Assembly (NCBI GenBank): GCA_016934535.1
Contig: JAFGSQ010000003.1
Coordinates: forward strand, 1 to 33,117
Source: a candidate division WOR-3 bacterium
Lineage (GTDB): Bacteria > SDB-A
Direction of reading: 5' to 3'
Length of the DNA: 33,117 nt
Shown: positions 15,133 to 24,582 of the stretch, piece after piece
Position numbering within the stretch: position 1 is the first letter of the stretch
How the letters are laid out: every line of letters begins with the position of its first letter
Position numbers and translations under genes: made by a program
The notes under the pieces: model-generated
The model's input: the letters and a program-made list of their open reading frames with translations, nothing else
Databases searched by the model: none
Told to the model about the DNA's origin: nothing

Positions 15133-17838
15133 ATGTTCAGGTGGGCTGAAAAAGCAGTATTAATTGTATGTTTGTTCCTCGTCGCGTCTTTGCTCGTTGC
15201 AGGCTCGACAGGAAAGATCCGCGGAAGGGTGGTAGACGAAAGAGGCAACCCCGTCCCTTACGCTCAAGTAATGGTCCTCAACACGAGTTTCGGAGGACTG
15301 ACAAACGCTCAGGGCGAGTTCGACATAATAGGTATCCCTCCGGGAACCTACACTGTCCAGGCGGCGATGATAGGTTTCACTCCGGCTCAAAAAACGTCCG
15401 TTTCCGTCAACGTTGACAGGACGACCGACGTCGGCGCCATGGTGCTTCGTTCGGAAGCCCTGGAGATCGGGATAGAAGTGACGACCTACGGCACGAGAAT
15501 GATAGCCGCTGACGTCACCGCGACGGAAATCAGCGTCAACCAGGAAGACATGCAGGCACTGGGCCTCGAAAACTTCGCCGAAGCCCTTACCCGTTCGACC
15601 GCGGCGACAGAACAGGGCGGTCAGATACACATGCGCGGAGGCAGAGGCGGAGAGATCCTCTACATGGTAGACGGAATGTCGGTCAAAGACCCCATCGTCG
15701 GCGGGAGCTACGCCATTGACGTTGCTACAAACGCCGTCCAGCAGATGAACATAATGGCCGGCGGTTTCAATGCCGAATACGGCCAGGCTCAATCCGGAGT
15801 TGTCAACGTCGTCACGAGAGAGGGAAGCAGAACTCAGTATTCAGGAAGACTCTCGTATTCAACGGACAAATTCGCAGGTTCCAACAGGGATTACAGTTTC
15901 AACACGGACAGATACGATTTTTCTTTAGGCGGGCCGGAACCCATAACAAGGGCTCTCCTCGGCAGAGGAAGAGAAGGATCCGAAGCGGGATATCTCACTT
16001 TCTTCGTCTCTACGTCCGGTTACTTTTCAAATACGGGAACTCCTTTCCCGGAACTTCAGACGGATTACGATTTCTTGAAAAACAGATTCGACCCGGACAC
16101 CACAAACTACAGGGGATGGGTCAGCCCGGGAGATTTCCTGCTTCAATCGGACCTGAGCAATTCGACTCAGCTTTTTTCTTTGAGGCAGAGCAACAAATTC
16201 ACGTCCAACGCCAAGCTCGCCTATCTGCTTACGAGCACTAAAAAACTTGTACTCTCTTTCAACAAGACCTGGCGTTGGAGACTCCCTTACCAGCACGCCT
16301 TCAAATACAACGCTCATCATTCACTGGTCGTTCAGGACATAGCGTATCAGTGGACCGTCGGATGGAATCACACGATTTCAGCAAAAGCCTTTTACAACAT
16401 AAAAGTGGGTTTTTTCCACAACCAGGACGCTGTCGATCACGGACACAACCCCGATTACTTCTTTCCCGGAACTTTTCCAGAAGAGTATTTTCCGTACCAG
16501 GCCAACTACCTCGGCATAAGGTTCCTAAATCACAATGAATGGGACCAGTGGGCGAGGTGGGAAAGAAGGGACCTAAAGAGATGGACCGTACTCGGAGATT
16601 TCTCGTGGCAGTTGAACAGGGAAAACCTTCTGAAGATCGGCGGAAGCGTGGAATATTACAAAATACAGCAGGGCGACATACAGTACACGTGGCAGTTTTA
16701 CGAAGGCGCGATACAGGCACAGCCTTGGGAACCGTATCCCGACCAGGGCGTTTTCAGAGACTGCTGGAAGGCTCAACCTATGGGCGCCGCTTTCTATATT
16801 CAGGATAAACTCGAAACCGAAGGAATGATAATAAACCTCGGATTGAGAGCCGACTTGTGGGTGCCGGGTCAAGATTTCGAAAAATATCCCGATCCTCTTT
16901 CGGGAGACACTCTGGAATCGACGAACAAGTTCGACATCAGCCCGAGAATTGGTATAGCTTTCCCGATAACGGATAAAGACAAACTCTATTTCTCTTACGG
17001 AAGATTCATCCAGCTTCCCGAGCTCCAATATCTCTACGGAGCAAATCAGCAGGGATCTTCGGCCATCAAGAATTACACAAATCCGAACCTCGACGCTGAA
17101 AAAACCGTTCAATACGAAATAGGTCTGGACCATGCTTTCTCGAACGTTGCGAAAATGTCCATTAGGGCGTTTTTCAAGGACATCCGCGGACTCATAGGAC
17201 TCATGACCGGCGGTACGCCTCCTTTCGACGGCCAGATATACACTAACCTCGACTACGGAAACGTGAGGGGATTCGACTTTTCTTTCGACAAAACCGTTAA
17301 AAATTATTGGGGTTTCAGCGTCAACTACACTCTTCAATGGTCGGACGGAAAAGGATCGTCCGCGAGGGACAATTACCTCGTTACCGATCCCCTGGAAATC
17401 CCCCTGAAAACATATCCTCTCGACTGGGACGAAAGACACGCCATAAAAGGCAACGTAATTCTCGCGGCAGACGAGGGTGAAAAAATGTTCGGTTTTGTCC
17501 CGGACAAGTGGTCTTTTTCAATTGAATGTCTCTACGGCAGCGGATTCCCATATTCTCCGAGCACGGACAACCCGGACTACGACTTGCTCAAAGGCGAAAA
17601 TTACATGAGAATGCCTTATCACATTCAGTGGAACATGACTTTCATAAAGAATTTCAAAATTGGTCCGGTCGGATACGGATTCAGGTTCCAGGTCGACAAC
17701 ATTTTCAACAAACAGGATGTTATAGACATAGACGAAGACACCGGAACTTGGAACGGCAACGGAACAGAAGTCCAGTCAGACCCGTTGAATCTGTCAGATC
17801 CGAGACAGATAATGGTCGGATTTTTCGCGGAGTTTTAA
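15133..17838 (+). CDS. TonB-dependent receptor with an N-terminal carboxypeptidase-regulatory-like domain, 901 aa
   Basis: Signal peptide, GKIRGRVVD...GTYTVQAAMIGF, plug motifs MRGGR..YMVDG..FNAEYGQAQSGVVNVVT, NPNLDAEKTVQYEIG and a terminal Phe. Confidence 0.93.
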   Translation: MFRWAEKAVLIVCLFLVASLLVAGSTGKIRGRVVDERGNPVPYAQVMVLNTSFGGLTNAQGEFDIIGIPPGTYTVQAAMIGFTPAQKTSVSVNVDRTTDVGAMVLRSEALEIGIEVTTYGTRMIAADVTATEISVNQEDMQALGLENFAEALTRSTAATEQGGQIHMRGGRGGEILYMVDGMSVKDPIVGGSYAIDVATNAVQQMNIMAGGFNAEYGQAQSGVVNVVTREGSRTQYSGRLSYSTDKFAGSNRDYSFNTDRYDFSLGGPEPITRALLGRGREGSEAGYLTFFVSTSGYFSNTGTPFPELQTDYDFLKNRFDPDTTNYRGWVSPGDFLLQSDLSNSTQLFSLRQSNKFTSNAKLAYLLTSTKKLVLSFNKTWRWRLPYQHAFKYNAHHSLVVQDIAYQWTVGWNHTISAKAFYNIKVGFFHNQDAVDHGHNPDYFFPGTFPEEYFPYQANYLGIRFLNHNEWDQWARWERRDLKRWTVLGDFSWQLNRENLLKIGGSVEYYKIQQGDIQYTWQFYEGAIQAQPWEPYPDQGVFRDCWKAQPMGAAFYIQDKLETEGMIINLGLRADLWVPGQDFEKYPDPLSGDTLESTNKFDISPRIGIAFPITDKDKLYFSYGRFIQLPELQYLYGANQQGSSAIKNYTNPNLDAEKTVQYEIGLDHAFSNVAKMSIRAFFKDIRGLIGLMTGGTPPFDGQIYTNLDYGNVRGFDFSFDKTVKNYWGFSVNYTLQWSDGKGSSARDNYLVTDPLEIPLKTYPLDWDERHAIKGNVILAADEGEKMFGFVPDKWSFSIECLYGSGFPYSPSTDNPDYDLLKGENYMRMPYHIQWNMTFIKNFKIGPVGYGFRFQVDNIFNKQDVIDIDEDTGTWNGNGTEVQSDPLNLSDPRQIMVGFFAEF

Positions 17839-17850
17839 CTATTGAACCTT

Positions 17851-17885
17851 CCGGGGGATGGTTATACTCCTCCCCCGGTTTGTTT
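17851..17885 (+). terminator. Intrinsic-terminator-like hairpin between the TBDR gene and exbB
   Basis: ccggggga...tcccccgg stem followed by tttgttt. Confidence 0.6.
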
Positions 17886-17915
17886 AGATTGTATTAATAA
17901 TAAGGAGTGAGCCAG

Positions 17916-18551
17916 ATGGGAGTGATTCAGTTTTACAGAGAAGGCGGCTGGGCGATGCACCTTTTACTCGTGTGTGCACTGGTAGGTCTTTTTTTCATGA
18001 TAGAAAGAATAATATATCTTTTTTTCAAGACGCGACCGGATCCGATTGATTACGTCGAAAAACTCTCCAGGGACATAAAATCGAAAAAGGGAAAAGAGGG
18101 AATAGAATCTGCCCTGAGAAAATCCAAATCCGACTCGTTCCCCATTGCGAGAATATCTACATCAATGCTCGAAAAAGCTCCTTACGGAAAAGACGAAATG
18201 GAAGAGGCGAGAGACACCGAAGCGCTGAAATCTCTGTCCTTTCTCGACAGGGGCATGCTGGTCCTCGCCGCTGTCGCAAACATAGCTCCTCTTATTGGTT
18301 TCCTCGGAACGGTCGTCGGTATGATGATGGCGTTCGAATCAATAGCAAAAGCAGGAACAGTTGAACCGACGATAGTCGCAGACGGTATCAGGGTGGCTCT
18401 TATTACGACCGCCGCGGGACTGATGATAGCTTTCCCTGTCAGCGCTTTTCACGTCTGGTTCAGCTCCAGGATAAATACCGTCACGAGAAAATACGAGGAA
18501 GCTACGTCGATATTGATCGAATCGGTGTTAGAGCAGGAAATAGAGGGATGA
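17916..18551 (+). CDS. exbB: MotA/TolQ/ExbB proton channel protein (start probably ATG 17916 rather than GTG 17907)
   Basis: GGWAM, IAPLIGFLGTVVGMMMAF and GIRVALITTAAGLMIAFP. AAGGAG RBS 8 nt before the ATG. Confidence 0.92.
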   Translation: MGVIQFYREGGWAMHLLLVCALVGLFFMIERIIYLFFKTRPDPIDYVEKLSRDIKSKKGKEGIESALRKSKSDSFPIARISTSMLEKAPYGKDEMEEARDTEALKSLSFLDRGMLVLAAVANIAPLIGFLGTVVGMMMAFESIAKAGTVEPTIVADGIRVALITTAAGLMIAFPVSAFHVWFSSRINTVTRKYEEATSILIESVLEQEIEG

Positions 18552-18552
18552 G

Positions 18553-19053
18553 ATGGCTTTCAGGCAGAAAGTAACGCGAGCGGCCGAAATACCAACTTCT
18601 TCCATGTCCGACATTGCCTTTCTGCTTTTGGTGTTTTTTCTGGTGACGACACATTTTCAGAGAGACACCGGCATAGTGACGAAACTGCCACCGAGCGGGG
18701 AGACCCAGGAAGCGCAGGAAAACATAGTGCTGAGCATAGTCGTGCCTGAAGACACTTTTGCTGCAGGAGACAGCGTCAAAGTCGGCGGAGTCAAGGTGCC
18801 TTTTTCGGAACTTCAACAGGCTGTTTACGAATCAGTTTCAGTTTCAATAGAGTCGAGAAAAATGAAAGCCCCTCTTATTTTTGTCGAAAAAGGTGTGACT
18901 TATGAGCGGATGCTCGAAGTTTACGAAGAAGTGATGAAAGCCGCAGACAAACTTGACACGGAACACCCTGAACTGCCGGAAGCGGACTGGTTCAACAAAC
19001 AGACGGTTGCGGCCCTGATTAGTGTTCAACTCAGACCTATAACAGGCTGGTAG
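18553..19053 (+). CDS. exbD: ExbD/TolR family protein, 166 aa
   Basis: IPTSSMSDIAFLLLVFFLVTT with the conserved TM Asp. Confidence 0.9.
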   Translation: MAFRQKVTRAAEIPTSSMSDIAFLLLVFFLVTTHFQRDTGIVTKLPPSGETQEAQENIVLSIVVPEDTFAAGDSVKVGGVKVPFSELQQAVYESVSVSIESRKMKAPLIFVEKGVTYERMLEVYEEVMKAADKLDTEHPELPEADWFNKQTVAALISVQLRPITGW

Positions 19054-19061
19054 GCGGTTTT

Positions 19062-19547
19062 ATGAGGATAGAAAAAGAGAAAAAAGTAGAAGCGAGAATA
19101 CCGACAGCTTCAATGTCGGACATCGCTTTCCTGCTCATTATATTTTTTATGGTGACGACTGTTTTCAGGCAGGAAAGAGGTCTCGACATAACTCTTCCGG
19201 GCTCCAATCTCGCTCTGAAACTTGAGCAGAGAAGAATCCATCACATTTATCTGGGTTGGTCATCGAGAAACCCTAACGAAAGAGTGCCGATCGTATCAAT
19301 AAACGACCAGATTTTTCCCATGGATCAGGTTGACGGCGTCCTAAGACAGAAACTGGAAGAATACAGAGCGAGTACAACAGGCACCGACGAAGAATGGAAG
19401 CAGTTTGTTTTCAGCCTGCAGATAGAGAGGGACATGCCTTACGTTTTTGTGGACTCTTTGTTGCAGGAAGCGAGACAGGGCGGAAGGAACGTCGTTCAGG
19501 CCATACAGATAAATTACGGAGCGAGAGAAGCTCAAAAAGGGGGATGA
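19062..19547 (+). CDS. exbD: ExbD/TolR family protein, 161 aa
   Basis: IPTASMSDIAFLLIIFFMVTTVF. Confidence 0.9.
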   Translation: MRIEKEKKVEARIPTASMSDIAFLLIIFFMVTTVFRQERGLDITLPGSNLALKLEQRRIHHIYLGWSSRNPNERVPIVSINDQIFPMDQVDGVLRQKLEEYRASTTGTDEEWKQFVFSLQIERDMPYVFVDSLLQEARQGGRNVVQAIQINYGAREAQKGG

Positions 19548-19548
19548 A

Positions 19549-20196
19549 ATGAATCAAAGGCGCATGGACACGTCTGTCCCCATGAGGACAGGTATAATAC
19601 TCGCCCTGGTTTTCCATCTTCTTGCGCTCGTCGCTATTCCGGAGCCTGACATCCCGGAATACAAACCCGCCGAGAGGAAAGAATCCGAAAACATCCAGCA
19701 GGAAGTCAATCTCCAGGTCGATTTCCAGACAATAGAGGAGATACAGCAACAAATACAGCAGCCCCAGGACATTCTGCAGGAAATTCAGCAGAGCGGAGAA
19801 ATAATACTTTCGACGGAGGGAGACACGCTTATAGGCGGAACTGCTTCAGACGTCTTCGAAGTAGACACAACAGAACTGTTGCCGGATGACAATGGAGATG
19901 TATCCTCGGAATACGTAAGCGTATATGAAACTCCCCCGAGACCGATTCACATACAGGAACCGGTTTATCCTTCGGCGGCTCTCAATCAGAACCTTGAAGG
20001 AACGGTTGTTCTCCTTCTGTATGTCGACATAAACGGATCCGTAACGAGAGCCGAAGTCATAAATTCGAACAATCCCCTTTTCAACGACGCTGCCATAGCA
20101 GCGGGTCTTAAATGCACTTTCAAACCGGCCGAAAGCGCCGGCAGACCTATTAGAGTAAAATTGGTTTTTCCCGTTAACTTTAAGTTAAGTAATTAA
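19549..20196 (+). CDS. tonB: Energy transducer TonB, 215 aa
   Basis: N-terminal TM with His (ALVFHLL) and C-terminal domain YPSAA...EGTVVL...VD..G.V...FKPA...VNFKL. Confidence 0.88.
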   Translation: MNQRRMDTSVPMRTGIILALVFHLLALVAIPEPDIPEYKPAERKESENIQQEVNLQVDFQTIEEIQQQIQQPQDILQEIQQSGEIILSTEGDTLIGGTASDVFEVDTTELLPDDNGDVSSEYVSVYETPPRPIHIQEPVYPSAALNQNLEGTVVLLLYVDINGSVTRAEVINSNNPLFNDAAIAAGLKCTFKPAESAGRPIRVKLVFPVNFKLSN

Positions 20197-20207
20197 AGGA
20201 GGTGGAT

Positions 20208-22781
20208 GTGAAGAGACCTGTTTTGATATTTTTTTCTCTTCTGCTCGTATTATCGGCATCATCCGGCTACGCAAGGATGAGAGACGAATACACGGCGATG
20301 GCTAATCCCTATACTCAGTTTCGGGCAATGACCCAGAGTAACATCTGGCTTTGCTTTTCCAACTACGGCTTTTTCGGTAACGCCGGCGAATACGGAACAG
20401 TTCCTTATTCCTGTATGTTCCCGGCTTATTCGAACCAGGACTATCTTTTTCAGGGAGGCCTTTGGATAGCAGCGTTGGCCGGCAGAGACACTCTTTGTAC
20501 TGTCGGTTGCGACGGTTGGGCTCACGAACACGAAATGTGGCCAGGCGTTACATCAGCTGATTCGATAATCCAGAGATCTACGATACCGACTTCTCCCGTC
20601 TATGATTCGACGGCCGTATCGGAACTCGATTTCATTGCAATTTACTGGGACACTTTCACTGATCCGACTATTCCTAATTCGGGAGCATATCACAGAGTCA
20701 TGGGGATTCAGGTAATTCAGGAGAGTTTTTCCTGGTCTTACAATTACGCGGAAGATTTCATAATAATAAATTTCTGGATAAAGAACATCGGAAGAAAAAA
20801 TCTCAGAGAGTTCTACATGGGGTTGTACGTGGACGCTGATGTCGGTCCTGCCGGCGCGCAGTACGATGACAAATCGCAGGACGACGTCTGCGGATTCGTT
20901 CCGACGATTCCCATCCAGTACGGAGGAAATCCGCTCAATCCGAAAGACAGCATAAACGTCGCGTGGATAGCAAATGCAGCCATGGCGGGATTTTCTCAAT
21001 CGGGAACAGCTCAGGGAGTTATAACCCCTGATGTCACCGGAACCAGGGTGCTAAGGACACCAAATCCCCACCTGACGACTTCGTTCAACTGGTGGTACAG
21101 CAATCAGAACGACATGATACTCGACTGGGGACCCTGTTTTCCGAACAATCCCTTCGACAGCATCATGAAGCTTGTCAATTCACAGTTGAATCCCGGAGAT
21201 CCTCAGCCCGGGACACCCAGTTACGACGATCCGAGAGCCGACATTTTGAAGTGGCTTCTATGCGGAAACGGATCTTTCGATCCGGATCAGTTGGACATAA
21301 AATACGCCAACAGAGATACGCTTTTCAACGACACGAGATACCTTCTATCATTCGGTCCGATTTTTCCCGCAATAAGGAATGGCGTACCCGTCACTGATTC
21401 CATGTTCCTGCCCGGCGACAGCGTTCCCGTAACTTTTGCATACATAGGCGGAGAGAATTTCCAGACAGTTTGGAACGCTCCGCTCTGGAGTCAGCACCCT
21501 TATTACAACGGTGTTGACACTATGTTCGGCAGAGATCAGTCCTGGTCTCCTCTGAGGTACGATTTCACGGATCTCGGCGTCAACGCGAGATGGGCTCTTG
21601 ATGTGTACGACAATCCGAACGTCATAACCAATAATCCTAACGGAACGGACAGAGTCACAAACAGCAGATGGCCGACCATAGTCCCCGGCGACACGGTCAT
21701 TTGCGACACGCTTGATCCGTTCTTCCACTGGCCTATTCCTCTTATAGTCGCCGGTGACACAATAGACTGGACCGGAGACGGGATTCCCGATTACGCTGGT
21801 CCTCCTCCTCCGGCTTTCACGGAAATGCTCGTTTTACCCGGAGTGCCGAGACCCAACGACGTCACAATACTCTGGGGAAGAAGGAACAAGGTCCCGTATA
21901 ATCCGGACAAGGATTCTCTGTGGAACGTGTTGCCCGACGAACAGGTCGGAACGGATATATTCGCTCCCAACTACGAAGACTTCCAGGGATACAGGGTTTA
22001 CCGCAGTTACCCGAACAACGAAAGGGAAATTGCAGGATGGACTCTTCTCAGACAGTGGGACAGAGGACGAAGATGGATACATGCGATACCGAGCGACACT
22101 CTTTCAGACACCTTGGAGGTACCCACTGATCCGAATTTCGCTTACCGTTGCTGGTTGGACCGCGATCCGATAAGAGCGCCAAACGCAGACCTGACAGACA
22201 CTGTTCTTCAGCTCAAATATCAGCTCGCTCACAACCCTGACTTTTCATCACTCAGGCAGTACGAAAACACTTACAGATATGTTTATGTCGATTCAGGGGT
22301 CACGATCCTCAGCCCCGTCTATTACACGGTCACTTGCTTCGATTTCGGAAATCCTCAAACCGGAGTCACACCGCTGGAAACATCCAAAGGCAGTAACGCA
22401 TTTAGAGTGGTTCCCGGACCGGCACCTCAACCTCTCAATGAAGATATGCCCGTCATGGTAATCCCCAATCCTTACAGGGGAGACATTGACTATTCGTCGG
22501 CCGCCAGTGGGCACCCTTGGGAGGATCCGTCGAGAGCAGGATGGACAGAGCACTCGAGAAGGATATCATTCATTAACCTTCCGTCTGTTTGCACTATTAG
22601 GATATACACTTTGAGCGGCGAACTGGTTAAAACGCTCGAACACGAGGACCAGTTCAGCAGTGTCCACGACTGGGACATGATTTCATCTGATGTCCAGCTC
22701 ATAGCGAGCGGCATCTATCTTTTCTCGGTCGAAGACGAATCCGGAAAAACTCAAGTCGGCAAATTTGTCGTTCTGAAGTAG
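20208..22781 (+). CDS. Large secreted protein with an FN3-like region and a T9SS-like C-terminal sorting domain (start probably GTG 20208; ORF track gives 20202)
   Basis: AAGGAGG RBS and signal peptide. DFQGYRVYRS..YYTVTCFD. CTD VIPNPY...ISFINLPSVCTIRIYTLSGELVKTL...WD...ASGIYLFSV...GKFVVLK. Confidence 0.8.
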   Translation: MKRPVLIFFSLLLVLSASSGYARMRDEYTAMANPYTQFRAMTQSNIWLCFSNYGFFGNAGEYGTVPYSCMFPAYSNQDYLFQGGLWIAALAGRDTLCTVGCDGWAHEHEMWPGVTSADSIIQRSTIPTSPVYDSTAVSELDFIAIYWDTFTDPTIPNSGAYHRVMGIQVIQESFSWSYNYAEDFIIINFWIKNIGRKNLREFYMGLYVDADVGPAGAQYDDKSQDDVCGFVPTIPIQYGGNPLNPKDSINVAWIANAAMAGFSQSGTAQGVITPDVTGTRVLRTPNPHLTTSFNWWYSNQNDMILDWGPCFPNNPFDSIMKLVNSQLNPGDPQPGTPSYDDPRADILKWLLCGNGSFDPDQLDIKYANRDTLFNDTRYLLSFGPIFPAIRNGVPVTDSMFLPGDSVPVTFAYIGGENFQTVWNAPLWSQHPYYNGVDTMFGRDQSWSPLRYDFTDLGVNARWALDVYDNPNVITNNPNGTDRVTNSRWPTIVPGDTVICDTLDPFFHWPIPLIVAGDTIDWTGDGIPDYAGPPPPAFTEMLVLPGVPRPNDVTILWGRRNKVPYNPDKDSLWNVLPDEQVGTDIFAPNYEDFQGYRVYRSYPNNEREIAGWTLLRQWDRGRRWIHAIPSDTLSDTLEVPTDPNFAYRCWLDRDPIRAPNADLTDTVLQLKYQLAHNPDFSSLRQYENTYRYVYVDSGVTILSPVYYTVTCFDFGNPQTGVTPLETSKGSNAFRVVPGPAPQPLNEDMPVMVIPNPYRGDIDYSSAASGHPWEDPSRAGWTEHSRRISFINLPSVCTIRIYTLSGELVKTLEHEDQFSSVHDWDMISSDVQLIASGIYLFSVEDESGKTQVGKFVVLK

Positions 22782-22790
22782 GAGGGCGAA

Positions 22791-23846
22791 ATGAAAAAAA
22801 TAATTCTTTCGATTTTCTTCCTTCTTCCTTTGCTTCTGACCGCTCAATCCAACGTCGGAACGGCGGGATTCATGTTTCTGATGCTTTCACCTACGGCTAA
22901 AACAGCCGCCATGGGGAACGCAACCACCGCAATTGCCGACGACGGCTCGGCTCTTTGGAGCAATCCTGCCGGAATAGCGATGGTCAGAAGCGTCAAGGTA
23001 GAAGAAGGCGATTCCGTTTACTACAGGAGAGTGATATCTCTCGCTCCCATGAAAGTTTCCATAAGTGGAACAAAGTATGTTTCGGGAATATATCACACAT
23101 ATTTCGGCGTGTCCTATCCGATCAGCCAGAGTATAGGTACCGTGGGTCTTCAGGCAATATATTTGGGTACAGACGCAATGGACGAGACAGCACCTCCGGG
23201 ATTCGGTTATCCCGTAGACGAACTCGGCAGGACCGGTAGAACGTTTAAAGCCGGAGAAATGGCTCTGGGTCTTTCTTACGCGAGAATGCTAACCGACAAA
23301 TTTTCTGTTGGATTGTCGATTAAATACATTCAGAGCCAAATTCACGATTTCTCGGCTTCTAACGTAGTTATGGACATCGGTATGATGTACGACACGCACT
23401 TCAAGAGTATAATGATAGGTATAGCAATGTTGAATTTCGGCGGTTCCGCCAAATACATAACTCAGGATTTCAATATGCCTATGGACTTCAGATTCGGGCT
23501 TTCATTCGTCCCCTTCAAATCAGGAGCGAACAAGATTCTCATTGACACCGAAGTCAGCCATCCGAATCATTCTGAGGACAGATTCTTCGTCGGAGCCGAG
23601 TATTCTTTCAACGACATGATGTTTTTGAGACTCGGTTTAAAACCCGGTTTCTACACCAAAGAAGAATACGATGCGGAAGGACAGCCCGAAGTCAAAAGAA
23701 CCTATCTCGGGGAAGAACAGATAAGCACAGGAGCCGGATTCAGGATCCCGATGGGACCCAAAACATCGGTTTCAATTGACTACGCCTTCACCAAGTTCGA
23801 GTTCCTCGGCAATGTCCACAGGTTCTCGCTGGGCGCTCAATTTTAA
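22791..23846 (+). CDS. PorV/PorQ (FadL-like) family outer-membrane beta-barrel, 351 aa
   Basis: FLMLSPTAKTAAMGNA...ALWSNPAGIA, LSYARMLTDKFSVG, IDYAF...HRFSLGAQF with a terminal Phe. Confidence 0.85.
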   Translation: MKKIILSIFFLLPLLLTAQSNVGTAGFMFLMLSPTAKTAAMGNATTAIADDGSALWSNPAGIAMVRSVKVEEGDSVYYRRVISLAPMKVSISGTKYVSGIYHTYFGVSYPISQSIGTVGLQAIYLGTDAMDETAPPGFGYPVDELGRTGRTFKAGEMALGLSYARMLTDKFSVGLSIKYIQSQIHDFSASNVVMDIGMMYDTHFKSIMIGIAMLNFGGSAKYITQDFNMPMDFRFGLSFVPFKSGANKILIDTEVSHPNHSEDRFFVGAEYSFNDMMFLRLGLKPGFYTKEEYDAEGQPEVKRTYLGEEQISTGAGFRIPMGPKTSVSIDYAFTKFEFLGNVHRFSLGAQF

Positions 23847-23851
23847 AATAG

Positions 23852-23879
23852 AGGGGAGGAATTTCCTCCCCTGCTTTTT
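23852..23879 (+). terminator. Intrinsic-terminator-like hairpin after the PorV-family gene
   Basis: aggggagga-att-tcctcccct followed by gcttttt. Confidence 0.7.
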
Positions 23880-23898
23880 AACAAGGAGGTTTTGACAA

Positions 23899-24546
23899 GT
23901 GCTTGTTCTTTTCGCAAAAGGTGGATGGGCTATGTGGCTTTTGCTTTTGGCGAGCGTCGTCGGTGGTGCCGCGATTTTCGAGAGACTGATGGTTCTTTGG
24001 AAGATTTCAAAAAGTAGAAAAAGATTTTTGACTGAATTTGTCGGTTCTTACAGCGTTGAGGACAGAGGAAAAAGAGCCGCAGATGTCTGTAAAAAATACG
24101 ACAGCGCCATATCCCGCGTAGCAGATTCTTTGATAGCGCAAAATCAAAAATATTTTAATTTGAATGAAGAGGAAAAGAGATACGCTTTCGAAGACGCAGT
24201 CGGAATTGCAGCCGTCAGAGAACTTGAAGTCCTTGACAAAGGTCTTGACATTCTCGCTGCAGTGTCGACGATAGCTCCACTGGTCGGTTTTCTCGGAACT
24301 GTCGTAGGTATGATGATGGCGTTTGACTCAATTGCCAAAGCAGCGACGGTCGACCCGGTCCTCGTCGCAAGCGGAATACAGGTCGCCCTCATAACAACAG
24401 CCGCCGGTTTATTAATCGCTTTTCCTGTGAGCGCTTTTCATGTATACTTTACTTCCAGGATCAATTCGATTACGAAAGACATCGAATACGATTCTGTTAA
24501 ATTGATTGATTTTCTTCTTGGGAGAAGTAAGAAAGAAAATTGGTAG
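23899..24546 (+). CDS. exbB: Second MotA/TolQ/ExbB proton channel protein, 215 aa
   Basis: AAGGAGG RBS and GTG start. IAPLVGFLGTVVGMMMAF and GIQVALITTAAGLLIAFP. Confidence 0.9.
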   Translation: MLVLFAKGGWAMWLLLLASVVGGAAIFERLMVLWKISKSRKRFLTEFVGSYSVEDRGKRAADVCKKYDSAISRVADSLIAQNQKYFNLNEEEKRYAFEDAVGIAAVRELEVLDKGLDILAAVSTIAPLVGFLGTVVGMMMAFDSIAKAATVDPVLVASGIQVALITTAAGLLIAFPVSAFHVYFTSRINSITKDIEYDSVKLIDFLLGRSKKENW

Positions 24547-24582
24547 TTTGGTTTTGACAAATGTAACAAGAGGAGGTTAGAA

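Noticed and set aside
15160-17439. Antisense ORFs 15160..15792 and 16573..17439
   Set aside because: Shadows of the TBDR gene with no independent evidence.
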